DNA of 63,250 nt, filler included, from Squatina squatina (lineage: Eukaryota), in assembly GCA_031763465.1 (NCBI GenBank). It is 3 parts of 3 records of this genome, joined end to end, with 100 filler letters (N's around TTAATTAATTAA, not from the genome) between each part and the next. Parts side by side here need not be neighbours in the genome. Positions count along the whole stretch, not along the records: positions 1 to 17,937 come from JARFOE010000058.1; 2 more parts are not named here. One strand, 5' to 3'. The notes under the pieces are model-generated. The model ran no database searches. It saw only the letters and a program-made list of their open reading frames with translations, and was not told the origin of the DNA. The translations under genes and the position numbers were made by a program. Below, piece after piece: positions 1 to 12,481 of the stretch. Each line of letters begins with the position of its first letter. The first letter of the stretch is position 1.

Positions 1-860
1 GGGTTGTTTACAGGAAATTTGAAGGAGAGGTGGACAGGACCTGATTGAGCTGAACCATTAACAATATCAGCTAACATAGGGCCAGGAAGCAAACTGGCAT
101 AGTCAGCAGTTTGGTGGGAATAGGGTTGAGGGGGCAGAAGGTGGGTCTCATGGACAAGGTGAGCTTGAAGAGGACATGACGGGAGCTGGAGAGAAACGAG
201 AGAAAAAAGCAATTTCAGGGCTAGGGTAAGTGAGGGAAACAGCAGAAGCAACTGAAAAGCTGGTCTCAATCTTACTGACAAAGTAATCTATGAGCTCCTC
301 ACATGTTATTGGAGGTGGGAGTAGTGGGGGCAGTGGAGATGGGATTAAGAAGACAGTTTGTAGTGGAGGAGAAGCTGCAGGTTATCTTTGCATTCCAGCA
401 TGTTCCTGAAATAGTGAGATGTTTAGGCAGAGGACAGCAAGATTCAAAAGTGTTTATGGGGTCCAGCAAGATCTGACGATGAATGGCTAATCCAGTTGAC
501 CAACATAAACGTTCAAGTCCATGTCTGTTGTGCTTAAGGGAGCAGAGATAAGGGTGGTACCAGGGGGGAACAACCAGGGCAAGAGAAAGTGATGGTTTTA
601 AGGGGACAAGGGCATCAAAGGTGCAGGTGACAGTGTGATTGAGCAGATCAGTTGCTGCAGAAATGTTGTGGTACTTGGAGGGCCAATGACCAGACATTTG
701 GAAATTTGAAAGTGCCGTTTTAAATGATTTGGAGGAGAGTTTTTTTCCAGGGGCAGATAAAAAAGGGGGATGTGAGTGGAGAAGGATAGAAGGAAGTGAT
801 CAGAGATGGCCTTAACTGTGATTGGGAGTAGAGAGGCCACATGATGGCAAGGTCGGGGGT
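1..860 (-). mobile_element. L2-clade LINE ORF2 remnant (endonuclease-RT linker region)
   Basis: Minus peptide PWYHPYLCSLKHNRHGLERLCWSTGLAIHRQI closely matches PWYGPHLRSLKSKGHRLEQIWQTTGLAIHRQI in the larger L2 copy at 49700-51180. Frames are broken. Confidence 0.75.
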
Positions 861-2419
861 GGTGGTGGCATTGAATTAGTTCTTTTCAATAATTAATAAT
901 TTGCATAATATTATTTCTGATCTGCATGTTTGATTCTTTTCACTGAGAAAAACAGATACAGATCCCAGCAGTTAAACCTCTCTGGTACAAACCGGGCAAA
1001 AAGCGCTAGCCATTTCACATTTCCATTTCAGTCGATTGCGAAGTTACCGCTTACAGCATGTTGAGCGTAGAAATTTACCAATAGTTCACACCTCACTAAG
1101 GTCCACTTATCTTATATCCTTAACCGCCTCTAACTAGTGTTGGCTTGCAGGATTCCAGAGTTCTTTGGCAGAGACATGCAAGAGTGCTGTGGTGTAAATT
1201 TCAGGACATTAATGCCATTGTTAANNNNNNNNNNNNNNNNNNNNNNNNNNNNNNNNNNNNNNNNNNNNNNNNNNNNNNNNNNNNNNNNNNNNNNNNNNNN
1301 NNNNNNNNNNNNNNNNNNNNNNNNTTCAGTACAACCAGAAATTGAATTGCCACTTGATCTTTATCAAGGACCATTGATTATTCATTGTATGAAAAAAAGC
1401 ACCTTCAGCCTGGAAGATTTACTACTGCATAGCCTGAACACAGCCCACAGCTTTGGGCAAATGAGACCTTGGCACAAAATTTACAATCAAATAATTGAAG
1501 GCCATGGCCATGGCAGCTTCCTCGAACAAAAGCTGACTCTATGGGAACATCAAGGACATAGTCAATACAAAACAATCTGACTAATATCAGTTGGCAATTA
1601 AATGAGTTTCATAATTACTATAGCCAGTCGCCATTGGTCAATGCAACTGGTCTCAGTTATGAATTAATCTAACTAGATTTAGTTATTTACTAACTTGCCT
1701 TGATTGTTTACCTATCAAATTAGCTTCAACGTAACTAGTTAATCTCATATCTAGATTATGAAGGGAGGCGAGAGTTGTACCTAATATCTAGATTGAGGGA
1801 AGGCAGGCGAGTTCTCCAATATCTAGGAGGATAATATCCCCTTAACTAGGTTGTGAGCTAATATAATCCATGGCCTTTAGATAGAGTGGGGCTGGTGGAC
1901 ATTTTAGCAGAGAAGAGAGTGGCTGGGCATGGGGCAGGAAGTAGCAGCACTGGGGACTTTAAACTTTGGATGGAAGTGGAGATGGAGGTAAAACTATGAA
2001 AGCAGCTGGTGGAAGTGGAGGCAAGTTGGTTGGTTGCAGATTGAGCTGGGAAGAGTCCGACTTGAACGTCTTCTTGTGAGAGGTGGACGTGGTTGAGTAC
2101 AAACACAAGCTATCATTCAGTCTGCTTTGGGGATCAAAAGTTTGTTGCCTCTGGAGTTTTCTTTCCGAAATAGCAGGAATGATTTGGGACAGGATGGAAT
2201 GGTTGGCAGGCATTTCAGTGGGTGGGTGGGAGTGACATCATAGTTTTATATCTTTTAGTTGACTTTTGAAAGTGACCTTTGATCATTTAAAATAAAGTAG
2301 TATTACAAAATAATTAAAATACAATAGCTTTGGAAAATTGACCGATTTGTTGAAGTGCAGGAGTCACAGCCTGCCCGCCCTACTGGCTAATCTTTGCAGC
2401 TTTAGCTGCACTTAACTGT

Positions 2420-3285
2420 TGACCTGTTACATTGTTCGCACAACTGTACTGTTGGCCTGTTACACAGATAGCAGGACTGTACTGATGGCCTGTTAAACTG
2501 ATAGCCGAATTTCACTGTTGACCTGTTACACAGATAGCAGGACTGTACTGTTCGCCTGTTACACTGATAGCAGGATTGTACTGTTGACCTGTTACACTGA
2601 TAGCTGGATGGTGCTGTTGGCCTGTTATATTGATAGCAGGACTGTATTATTGACCTGTTACACTGATAGCAGAATTGTACAGTTGACCTGTTACTCTGAT
2701 GGCAGGAATGTGCTGTTGGCCTGTTGTTTTGATAGCAGGATTGTACTTTTAACCTGTTACACTGATAGCAGGACTGTACTGTTGACCTTTTACACTGATA
2801 GCAGGATTCTACTGCTGACTCTTACACTGATTGCATGACTTTACTTTTGGCGTGTTACACTGATCGCAGAATTGTAATGTTGACCTGTCAGAATGATAGC
2901 AGGAGTGCACTGTTGGTTTTTTACATTAATAGCAGGATTGTACTGTTGACCTGTTATATTGATAGCAGGATGGAGTTGTTGACCTGTTACACTGAAAACA
3001 GGACAGTACTGTTGGTCTCTAAAACTGATAGCAGGATTGTACTGTTGGCCTGTTACACTCAAAGTAGGACTGTACTGTTGACTCGTTGCACTGACAGCTG
3101 GAATGAACTTTTGAGCAGTTACATTGAGAGCAGGACTGTACTGTTGGCCTGTTACACTGATAGCAGGATTGTACTGTGGCCTGTTAAACTGATAGCAGGA
3201 TTGTTCTGTTGACCGGTTAGACTTAAAGCAGGACTGCACTGTTGAGCCATGACACGGAATGCAGGACTGTACTGTTCGCCTGTTT
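2420..3285. repeat. 33-bp minisatellite, consensus approx. CTGTTGACCTGTTACACTGATAGCAGGACTGTA; runs into an N gap
   Basis: Tandem units are directly visible; the ORF track shows the matching 11-aa periodicity (LLTCYTDSRTV). Confidence 0.95.
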
Positions 3286-3385
3286 NNNNNNNNNNNNNNN
3301 NNNNNNNNNNNNNNNNNNNNNNNNNNNNNNNNNNNNNNNNNNNNNNNNNNNNNNNNNNNNNNNNNNNNNNNNNNNNNNNNNNNNN

Positions 3386-3468
3386 CCTTTCACAACGTCA
3401 GGGTGTTCCAAAAGTGCTTTACACCCAATGAAGGAATCTTGGAGTGCTCTCACTGTTGTAATGTAGTT
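3386..3468 (-). mobile_element. Deu-type SINE 3' fragment
   Basis: Same text (ccaaaagtgctttacacccaatgaag...cactgttgtaatgtag) as the copies at 10649-10765 and 56254-56395. Confidence 0.6.
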
Positions 3469-4304
3469 CTAAACCTCTTGGTCAAGTGGACATTTAGCGA
3501 GGCACCACATTACCATCCATTAAATCGATGACTTGCCAAGTCATGGTCGGCCAATGATCACAGCTGCACATCAACACTGGGCAACTACAGATGCTGTTCA
3601 CGAAAAATAAAATAATTACTTACAGGACTAATTTGTGTTCATCTGTGCAGCTTGGTTATGGTCCTCTGAAAACATCTGACTATCTCCACACTTAATAGCA
3701 TCAATCTTGGGGAACCATGCCGGGAGGGAGGAATCCTGCTCGCTGCCAATGCACATTGCACAACACACCCGTGATCTGCTCTGGCAAGGCGTGAGGATCC
3801 CCACCTCCGGCAGGTACTGTGAGACTTATCCCAATATCTCTAACATGTAGAGACACATTCAAAGGGTTCATTTTTAGCTGTGTATGAATAGATTGTCTGC
3901 GTTTGTCCTCCCTTTCCATGTGGGAAGTTGAAGGTGATAAGCCACCAGTAGCAAATAACATTGCAAGATCCACAAGTTAAATAACCAATCTGTTGTTAGC
4001 AGTCGATTAGTCGTGCTGTTGGCACAATTTGAATAATATGTTTCATTGGATGTATATCTAGGAAACGATGCAAGGACATTCTCTTTGCTGGATTACTCCT
4101 TACAATTGACTGTCAAACAAGAGATTGTAGAGTTTTATTACTACTGGCGATCTCATGGTACAAACAATTTGGGATCAACTCACTGATCTCTGGCTTCCAC
4201 TAGCAAGATGTACTGGAGGGGAGAATGGGTCAGGTGGAGGGCAATAGCAATGTAGCACTTACCCACAAAACTGCAGTCCTAAAATTTACCGAAATTCCTC
4301 TCCA

Positions 4305-4575
4305 CAAATTAAACAGGGGAAATAACAGGAAAATTGAAAAGAGACACTTACTGGAAATATATTCCTGGGAAATAACTAGAACATTTAAAAGGGGCACTGA
4401 CTGGAACATTAAACAGGGGCACTGACTGGAAAATTTAAGAGGCAATATCTGGAACATTTGACAAGGGAAATAACTTGAATATTTATGAGGGGAAATAACT
4501 GCACTATTTAACAGGGGAAATAACTGGAACATTTAAGAAGGGCACTAATTGGAACCATAAACAGGGGCAATAATT
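4305..4575. repeat. Degenerate ~26-bp tandem repeat (AACAGGGGAAATAACTGGAACATTTA-like)
   Basis: Recurring ggggaaataact / ctggaacattta motifs at roughly 26-bp spacing. Confidence 0.75.
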
Positions 4576-5411
4576 GACTGCAGTGTCCAGTTTCATTCGC
4601 AACTCCTCAGATAATGAAGCAGACCATGCCCGCAAGCAGCAAGACCNNNNNNNNNNNNNNNNNNNNNNNNNNNNNNNNNNNNNNNNNNNNNNNNNNNNNN
4701 NNNNNNNNNNNNNNNNNNNNNNNNNNNNNNNNNNNNNNNNNNNNNNCGCTCCATTAACGTCCCTCGGAGGAGCTAGCGGGGCACAACCAGAGCTAAATTT
4801 CTCCCCCTCAATGTCTTTAACGTGCGTAACTGACCAAAATACCTGGGATTGACATTACCATTCATTGCGGTGATGGAGCTTAAGTCAGTTTCTGACCTCC
4901 AGCCACAACTTACTCCTATGAGAGATCGTTAAAAAAAGAGAATTTCTCCCCTTTATTTGTTGGTACAATGGAAGGCTTTCCGACATCCAGAGGTTGTGCC
5001 TCCAGTACCCTACCTGGGAGACCATTTCAAGCACTAATCACTCTTTGCATGAGGATGTGTTCCTGATATCAAATGCATATTTGTTTCCACCTGCTACTGC
5101 TTTGAAGTTGTTGTATTTTGATGGACGCAAAGTCACACCACACAGAAAGCGATTGCATTTTGGGCTGTGAGCATGGGAAATGGGTCAACAGGACAAAACA
5201 TTCACTTCGCAGAAACGCAACCTCTCCACTGCGACGTGTGAATGCAGTGAACGTGGACAGCAAATGGTTTACAATTTCCCTTCATACAACTTCACATGAC
5301 TGCAATCAATTGTAAGCGAAAGTGTTAAAAGACTCAAAACGAAAATGGTCCTGTTTAAATTTAAATAGTGTTAAGGGGTTTTGAAGGCAACTCATGAGTG
5401 ACCCGACTGAA

Positions 5412-5623
5412 TGGCCTTGAGAAAAAGCAAACTAGCTCTGCACATCACATTGACTATTGTACTGAATCACCTCATATTATTCCAGGCACAATCCATGCCA
5501 TTTTTCTGTCTCTGCCTCTGATCCATGTCTGTATTTTCACATAACCACCTCTCCACTATTTCAGTGATAACCTTGGAACTTGCTACAGAGCTGTTCAAGG
5601 TTATTTGGCAGCCGGGGTATAAA
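5412..5623 (+). promoter_or_regulatory. NR0B gene proximal promoter: three NR5A (SF-1/LRH-1)-type sites and a TATA box
   Basis: TGGCCTTGA at 5412-5420 (reverse complement TCAAGGCCA), TAACCTTGG at 5568-5576 (rc CCAAGGTTA), TCAAGGTTA at 5595-5603, TATAAA at 5618-5623, about 90 nt before the ATG. Confidence 0.65.
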
Positions 5624-5712
5624 GGATCTATCAGGGTCCTGTTTCTCGAACATAAACACTGATACTCCTCGCAGCACTGTTGACAAGGGGTGCTACTGTC
5701 TTCGCAAGAGCG

Positions 5713-5908
5713 ATGGCGTTCAGTTCCCACTCTGCCCCTCAGAGGAGATGTCACTGTGAGAATGACAAGATGAACCGAGGCAGCATCCTGTACCACATCC
5801 TGAACCACAGGGGACACCAGCACCCTCGCTCCTGCAGCTGCACGCACCAATCCAAGGAGAAGGTCGCGCTGGGATCGCCTTACGTCGCCTGCAAGGCTGC
5901 CTCCGAAG
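5713..5908 (+). CDS. NR0B-family orphan nuclear receptor (DAX1/SHP-like), 5' part of exon 1; truncated by a gap
   Basis: ATG in good Kozak context (gcgATGG). MAFSSHSAPQRRCHCENDKMNRGSILYHILNH...RSCSC...KVALGSPYVACKAASE has the NR0B N-terminal pattern: CxC, an SILYxIL LxxLL-like box, CSC, then VALxSPxVxCKAAS, as in non-mammalian DAX1. Confidence 0.85.
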
Positions 5909-7543
5909 NNNNNNNNNNNNNNNNNNNNNNNNNNNNNNNNNNNNNNNNNNNNNNNNNNNNNNNNNNNNNNNNNNNNNNNNNNNNNNNNNNNNNNNNNNNN
6001 NNNNNNNNNNNNNNNNNNNNNNNNNNNNNNNNNNNNNNNNNNNNNNNNNNNNNNNNNNNNNNNNNNNNNNNNNNNNNNNNNNNNNNNNNNNNNNNNNNNN
6101 NNNNNNNNNNNNNNNNNNNNNNNNNNNNNNNNNNNNNNNNNNNNNNNNNNNNNNNNNNNNNNNNNNNNNNNNNNNNNNNNNNNNNNNNNNNNNNNNNNNN
6201 NNNNNNNNNNNNNNNNNNNNNNNNNNNNNNNNNNNNNNNNNNNNNNNNNNNNNNNNNNNNNNNNNNNNNNNNNNNNNNNNNNNNNNNNNNNNNNNNNNNN
6301 NNNNNNNNNNNNNNNNNNNNNNNNNNNNNNNNNNNNNNNNNNNNNNNNNNNNNNNNNNNNNNNNNNNNNNNNNNNNNNNNNNNNNNNNNNNACCACATTT
6401 TTGTTCGGCACTGGGAAGTTCAATATGTATACAAATTTACTGTGCCAAACTTTTACGGAAGGTGGGTTTGTGGTTTGGTCAAAGGGAAGTTAGTGAAGCC
6501 CAGCTAAGGGAGGAAGTTGAACAGGGAAAGCACAGGGGGAAAGATCAGCTTTGATTCAACTTTCCGTGAAATAGTTCTCTTAGAAATGGTTCTATCGCAA
6601 AAAATATTTAAGCCCTTGGGCTAAAGCTCTCAGCAGATATGCCATATTTCTGTAATCCTTTACCTTTTAAGGAATTAAAATCGAAGTAGCTCTGAACAAC
6701 TGCTGACTGAAGTTTAAATAATAAAAGTCAAATCAAACACGTCTCAAGCAAACACAATGACTGGATTCGCATTTCATACTAACATAAATCTTTTTGCAAT
6801 GTTACATAATTAAAAGGAACAGAGAACACTCGACATTGTTATGTGCTGTATAGTTACAATTTACCATTGTTTCCAGAAATGTTTGCTTCAGATTTTAATA
6901 CGAGAGAAAAAGGGCAGATCCTTTCATAAATGTGCTGACAGCTCTGATCAACAGTGTGTTGTGAAAATTGTTTGATAACGGAACAAAACTGCTTAACCTT
7001 GGCAGGAAATGTTGGCCTTCAGAGCTGATTGGCACCTTAGAAGGTTCAGAAACATGCTGGTGTGAGTGTTTTCACAAAAGGCTATATGCAAAACATGACT
7101 GGCAGCTCACATATTATGTCCAATAAAACGCCAACACGTTTCATCGCTTTGAACCCCGCATATTCGGAGGTTACACTGAGGAGATGAGCATAAAGATGAG
7201 GTTAACCAGATTCAAATGACAACCCGAAACCACCTGATGTAGCCCATTCTAGGTTTATTTTAACTAGTGTGCCATAGATGATGGAGTTGATCCTTGGCAG
7301 TCTCACGTGGACTTTCCATTTAGGGTTAGGGTTAGGATTATAGATATGCATATGAACATAGGAACGCACAGGATCAAAGACCACTGTGGTCCATCTGGTC
7401 AGTCACAGGGATTTGTGTTAAATTGTTTTTTAAAAAACTGTAGNNNNNNNNNNNNNNNNNNNNNNNNNNNNNNNNNNNNNNNNNNNNNNNNNNNNNNNNN
7501 NNNNNNNNNNNNNNNNNNNNNNNNNNNNNNNNNNNNNNNNNNN

Positions 7544-7730
7544 AGCTTCTCCAGTCTATCCACGTAACTGAAGTCCCTCATCCCTGGAATCATTCTTGTA
7601 AATCTTTTCTGCACCCTCTCGAAGGCCTTCACATCCTTCCTAAAGTGCGGTGCCCAGAATTGGACACAATACTCCAGTTGAGGTTGAACCAGTATTTTAT
7701 ACAGGTTCATCATATCTTCCTTGCTTTTCA
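7544..7730 (-). mobile_element. CR1 LINE fragment (C-terminal part of ORF2)
   Basis: LYKILVQPQLEYCVQFWAPHFRKDVKAFERVQKRFTRMIPG is the canonical CR1 post-RT motif. Confidence 0.9.
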
Positions 7731-8361
7731 TTTGCAAGTCATTTTTTCAACAATAGGACAGACCGAGTGGCTTTTGATTTCCCCCCTCTGTCAAGCATTG
7801 TGTGAAAAATGGCCACTGATCATTGTTTCTCTGTACATAGCAATGTGCACAGGAAGCATACTGTCCCAAGTTCGCTTAACCTAGAAGTTATGCTCCAAGA
7901 GATACAAATGTTTAACTAGTTCATATAAAATCCAGTTGCCGACTATTTTAATGGGTTAACACCTCTACCCACTGAACTAACAAAAGAATCTAAATCTAAA
8001 GGGGTTATTCTGCAAGGCTCCAGCCCAGCTAGATCGAAGCATGGGTCACAGAATCAGCACTACTGTGTTGTAGGCCCACCTCCGACCTGCGCTCCCTACT
8101 CATGGAGCTCCGTGCTGGGAGTGCGTTGGTGAATTTACCCTCGTGTTCATTGGCCGGTATTCTCAACAGTCATTTGCAACTTCCATTATGTTCAGTCAGT
8201 GCACAGAGTTAGTGGTCGTGCATTGAAGTTTCTTTTAGAACATTCTCTGAATTTGTTAATTCCTGCCTAAACACTCTCAATTTTCCTCAAAACGTATACT
8301 CGATCCTGGATAGTCAGTAAGTTAACTTTTCTTAATATTCCTTTTGTTTTTCTTCTTGCAG

Positions 8362-8565
8362 GTTTTATACAAACTCTTTAAGACTTTCTGCATCATGCCC
8401 TCTGTTGGCGTGCCAGATGTTTTGTTTGGAATTATTAAGTTCTTTCTTGTGGGATTCGGAGGTTTACTGGTGGGCGTAACTTATGGAATCATTGCAGCCC
8501 TCACTACTCGCTTCACAGAGAATATCCGTGTGATTGAACCTCTCTTCGTATTCCTGTACAGCTAT
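8362..8565 (+). CDS. SLC9A2: Na+/H+ exchanger (NHE2/4-like) internal exon, transmembrane region; truncated by a gap
   Basis: Acceptor ttcttcttgcag. [10 protein letters not shown]...[21 protein letters not shown] matches NHE2; the exact paralog is not certain. Confidence 0.85.
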
Positions 8566-8907
8566 NNNNNNNNNNNNNNNNNNNNNNNNNNNNNNNNNNN
8601 NNNNNNNNNNNNNNNNNNNNNNNNNNNNNNNNNNNNNNNNNNNNNNNNNNNNNNNNNNNNNNNNNCTGTACCTTTAGAATTTTACAGCACCGAAGGAGGT
8701 CATTCGGCCCATTGTGCCTGTGCTGGCTCTTTGAAAGAGCTATCCAATTAGCCCCACTCCCCTGCTCTTTCCCCATACTAAATTTTTCCTATTCAAGTAT
8801 TTATCTAATTCCCTCTTCAAAGTGCATTTTTGACACAATGCTGACGGGTTAATGTTGCTGAGATTTAATGAACCAACTACATTTATCTCTTGTTTTCATT
8901 GTCACAG

Positions 8908-8997
8908 GGAATGACAATTAAACCACTCGTGGAATTGCTAGAAGTTAAAAGAACAAGCCAAGCACCTCCAACTGTAAGTGAGCAGATTCATATTCGG
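8908..8997 (+). CDS. SLC9A2: NHE2-like internal exon (90 nt)
   Basis: tcacag / gtaagt boundaries. GMTIKPLVELLEVKRTSQAPPTVSEQIHIR is the end of TM12 and start of the cytosolic tail. Absent from the ORF track. Confidence 0.88.
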
Positions 8998-9547
8998 GTA
9001 AGTTAAAGCCCTTGTGAAGGCATCAGTCACAATCTCTGCATGTGATAGTGCAATATTGGAATTATGCCATTGTTTTCCACTGATATGGGTTCTAATATAA
9101 TGCATTTCATTGCAGCTTAATGCACCTCAATGCGATTTATACTTCATTTGAGTTTCCTTGTTTGCCCATAAACTTGGTATTATATAATTAGTATGTTTCT
9201 GCGCATGCTTTTTTTAATTCAAGTATCGATTCATGTAACATCTTCACATAAGGTTCGAAGGTATTATAGATTATACGCCATTCCTGTGTTTGGCAATGCA
9301 CAGAACTCCGTCACCTCAACAGATCTAACGTGCATCTCATTCATTGGTTACTATGTTTACGTAANNNNNNNNNNNNNNNNNNNNNNNNNNNNNNNNNNNN
9401 NNNNNNNNNNNNNNNNNNNNNNNNNNNNNNNNNNNNNNNNNNNNNNNNNNNNNNNNNNNNNNNNGTTTGAGCTGTCACTGTCCAAATGCAGCGACAACAG
9501 GATATTTTCTGGAAACCCCGCTGAACTCTTCTTCCAATTTCTTACAG

Positions 9548-9712
9548 ATTTGAAAACTTCAACAATAAATATCTCAACAAAGTTTTCATCAGAGAGCAAC
9601 ATTTGTCAAAATCCAGCATTGTTGTTTTATACCAGAAACTGGAGAAGAAACACGCCATTGAGCTGGCTGAGGCGGGCCAGCTGGCTGGCGCTCCGTCCCT
9701 CGCTTCCCTCCA
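9548..9712 (+). CDS. SLC9A2: NHE2-like internal exon (165 nt)
   Basis: ttacag / gtgagt boundaries. FENFNNKYLNKVFIREQHLSKSSIVVLYQKLEKKHAIELAEAGQLAGAPSLASL matches the NHE2 KSSIVxLYxKLExKHAIE segment. Confidence 0.88.
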
Positions 9713-10648
9713 GTGAGTAGCCTTTGTGTCGCAAACTGAGTGTTGTTTCATTCATCTTTGTATTTTCCATCGCGAAGCTCTGAACTCCATTGGCTGCCAT
9801 CCCTCTGCAGTGTAAATCTGCCATCTTGGCTACCTCAGTGCCGTTGGTATGGAAGGGCCTATAAGGAGAATTGTGCAATGCCTTATATTTATGTGTGGGT
9901 TTTTTTTTTGCCACTCTCTGGCAATTGTTACTGATAATCCGGATGCAGTTGTGAAGTTTAGCTGCTGAAGTGGAGCTGTGTTTATACTGACATGTCCCTT
10001 TTAAGGGTACTGTGTTAAGTATTACCCCTGGGGAAATGGGCAAAGTAGACACTTCTGAGGTTAGAGATTAATTGTTTCGGGATGATTTTGAAAACTTGCA
10101 GCTACTTGCAAGTACTTACTTAACTGGCTCCTGCTCATGGGGAAAGCAAGTGGGGGTGGTGGAGCAGTAGATGGAAAGGTAAGCGGGAGATGACAGCGAA
10201 GCAAATGGGGAGGTGAAGATACAGGGAATTGAGTTAGTTGCTCAAAGGAGTAGAGGTAGGGTTAGGTGATGGAGGGGTGGGCTGAGGCTCGTGTGGAGCA
10301 CAGACATGGAGCAGTTGAGTCAAATGGCCTATTTCTGTGCTGTACACTCTATATAAATCAATGTAATATATCGCACTGACCCTAGTGAAGGAAGGGGAGA
10401 AGACAGAGTGAAAAAGGCTGGGTGAGGAAAACTAGGCATTTCTCAAGTCTCACTAACTGACCGGAGACATGAAGGAGGGCAACCTGAAATGGCTAAACGA
10501 AAAGGGTGGTGTGGGGGCGGGGAGACGGGCAAGGGCAACGGGATTAGCCCCCTCAAACCAGCACAGTTAATCAGCTATTTAAAATCCAGGACGTTTGATT
10601 TTCTTCTTGGGAACTGCCAGTCTGGATCCAAATAGGAGCATTCCTCAT

Positions 10649-10765
10649 AAAAAGAAAGACTTGCATTTCTGTAGCGTCTTTCATGACCTTGGAATGTCCC
10701 AATGTGCTTTACAGGCAATGAAGTACTTTTTTGAAGTGTACTCACTGCTGTAATGCAGGAAAATG
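10649..10765 (-). mobile_element. Deu-type SINE 3' tail
   Basis: aaagaaagacttgcatttctgtagcg...aatgaagtactttttgaagtgtactcactgctgtaatg recurs several times in the window. Confidence 0.7.
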
Positions 10766-11849
10766 TAGTCCGGGGTGAGCGTGCCGGGAGAGGGGAGATT
10801 TACCCTCCTTGTGCTTCAACATCTAGCTCACATTACAGTCACGTAGTGGCCGCGGAAGCTTTTATGTCATGGTTTGTGTCCACTTGGAAGAGAGTTGGGG
10901 TCATTCTACCCCAAATGTTTAATTTTTCAACAAGTGAGCTCCGAGGGTTGTATTTCCTGGAATTTCAAAGNNNNNNNNNNNNNNNNNNNNNNNNNNNNNN
11001 NNNNNNNNNNNNNNNNNNNNNNNNNNNNNNNNNNNNNNNNNNNNNNNNNNNNNNNNNNNNNNNNNNNNNNGAAGTGATAGGCTGAGGTCAACACGGAGTC
11101 CGTCAGGGCCCATGAATAAGGAAGGTGCTTGCTGTTACTCACCAATGAATGGACTGAGCCAGTAGACTATCATGTATTCTGACAATGTGTTTCCTGAACA
11201 GTGGAATGTGACTGAGGATGCAAGTGCTGGGTTAAACAGAGCTGTGGTATACGGGCCAGCTGCAGAGGAGATCAAAGCAACAGATTAAACACCAGACACA
11301 GCTATAAACTCAACTCCTTCTCGGAGTCCATCGCAGGACATGGCCAACGTTGCAAGCCAATAAACCACACTCCAGAGCCTATCCCACACACACAATCTCT
11401 CATTTATACATTACCACAGACATAAAGGGATACTTGCACTGAAAATTTGAAATAAAAGCAGAAATTATGGAAATACACAGCAGAGCCAGTGGCGTCTGTG
11501 AAAGGAAAAGACAGGTTAATATTGGGGGAATGGACCCTTCATAAAAACATAGCAACATAGAATGGTTAATCTGTTTGTCTGGCAATTGCTATCAGACAAT
11601 GGTTTAGGCTGTGAACTATCAAACAAATTATTGACAAATAGATAAGTAAATAGCAGCAAAGACAAACAACAGATTGATAGTAATATACAGAACTTCACTA
11701 TTCCTCCTCACAATAGAAAACAGCAAATGGTCGCACACGCTAAAATTAACAGTAACATTGACCCTGAAACAAAAATCCCTGATCATTACTTTATCTGAGG
11801 ACTCATTCCTAATTCCCATGGCTTCCCCTGCCTTTCTCTCTCTGTATCT

Positions 11850-12249
11850 CCCATATCACTCCCTCTTCCACCGGCACACCGTGACTGCAGTGTGTACCAT
11901 CTATATGACGCACTGTAGCAACTCGCCAAGGCTTCTTTGAAAGCACCTCCCAAACCCACAACCTCTACCACCTAGAAAGATAAGGGCAACATGGGAACAC
12001 CATCACCTGCAAGTTTCACTCCAAGTCACACGCCATCCTGACTTGGAAATATATCGGTCGTTCCTACATTGTTGCTGAGTCAAAGTCCTGGAACTCCCTC
12101 CCTAACAGCACTGTGGGAGTTCCTTCACCACACGGCCTGCAGCGGTTCAAGAAGGAGGCTCATCACCACCTTCTCATGGGCAACTAGGGATGGGCAATAA
12201 ACACTGGCCTTGTCAGCGATGCCCATATCACAGGAATGAATAAAAAAAA
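11850..12249 (+). mobile_element. 3' end of a CR1-group non-LTR retrotransposon with a short A tail
   Basis: Decayed ORF end (SLFHRHTVTAVCTIY...; WNSLP motif as tggaactccctccct), then aataaa and a terminal gaatgaataaaaaaaa. Confidence 0.7.
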
Positions 12250-12481
12250 CTCTGATTTACAGAAAACTGGCCAGATGTGCATTACAACTCCATTGGGATT
12301 CACCTAGGACCGAAAGAAATAAAATATGCACCTCTTCTCACTTCCTCAGGCTGTCAGACATCCACGGGACATGAAACACAANNNNNNNNNNNNNNNNNNN
12401 NNNNNNNNNNNNNNNNNNNNNNNNNNNNNNNNNNNNNNNNNNNNNNNNNNNNNNNNNNNNNNNNNNNNNNNNNNNNNNNNN

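Noticed and set aside
2518-3239. Repeat-protein ORFs of 106-132 aa, or a CRISPR-like array
   Set aside because: Head-to-tail minisatellite with no unique spacers, no cas genes and no splice context.
5467-6423. 318-aa minus-strand ORF and other long X-filled ORFs in the track
   Set aside because: Length comes from N gaps; the real part is antisense to the NR0B exon.
7320-7337. TTAGGG telomeric repeat
   Set aside because: Fewer than three full units; too short to call an interstitial telomere.
11202-11288. Possible SLC9A terminal exon (WNVTEDASAGL...ATD*)
   Set aside because: An AG precedes it, but the peptide has no recognisable NHE similarity.
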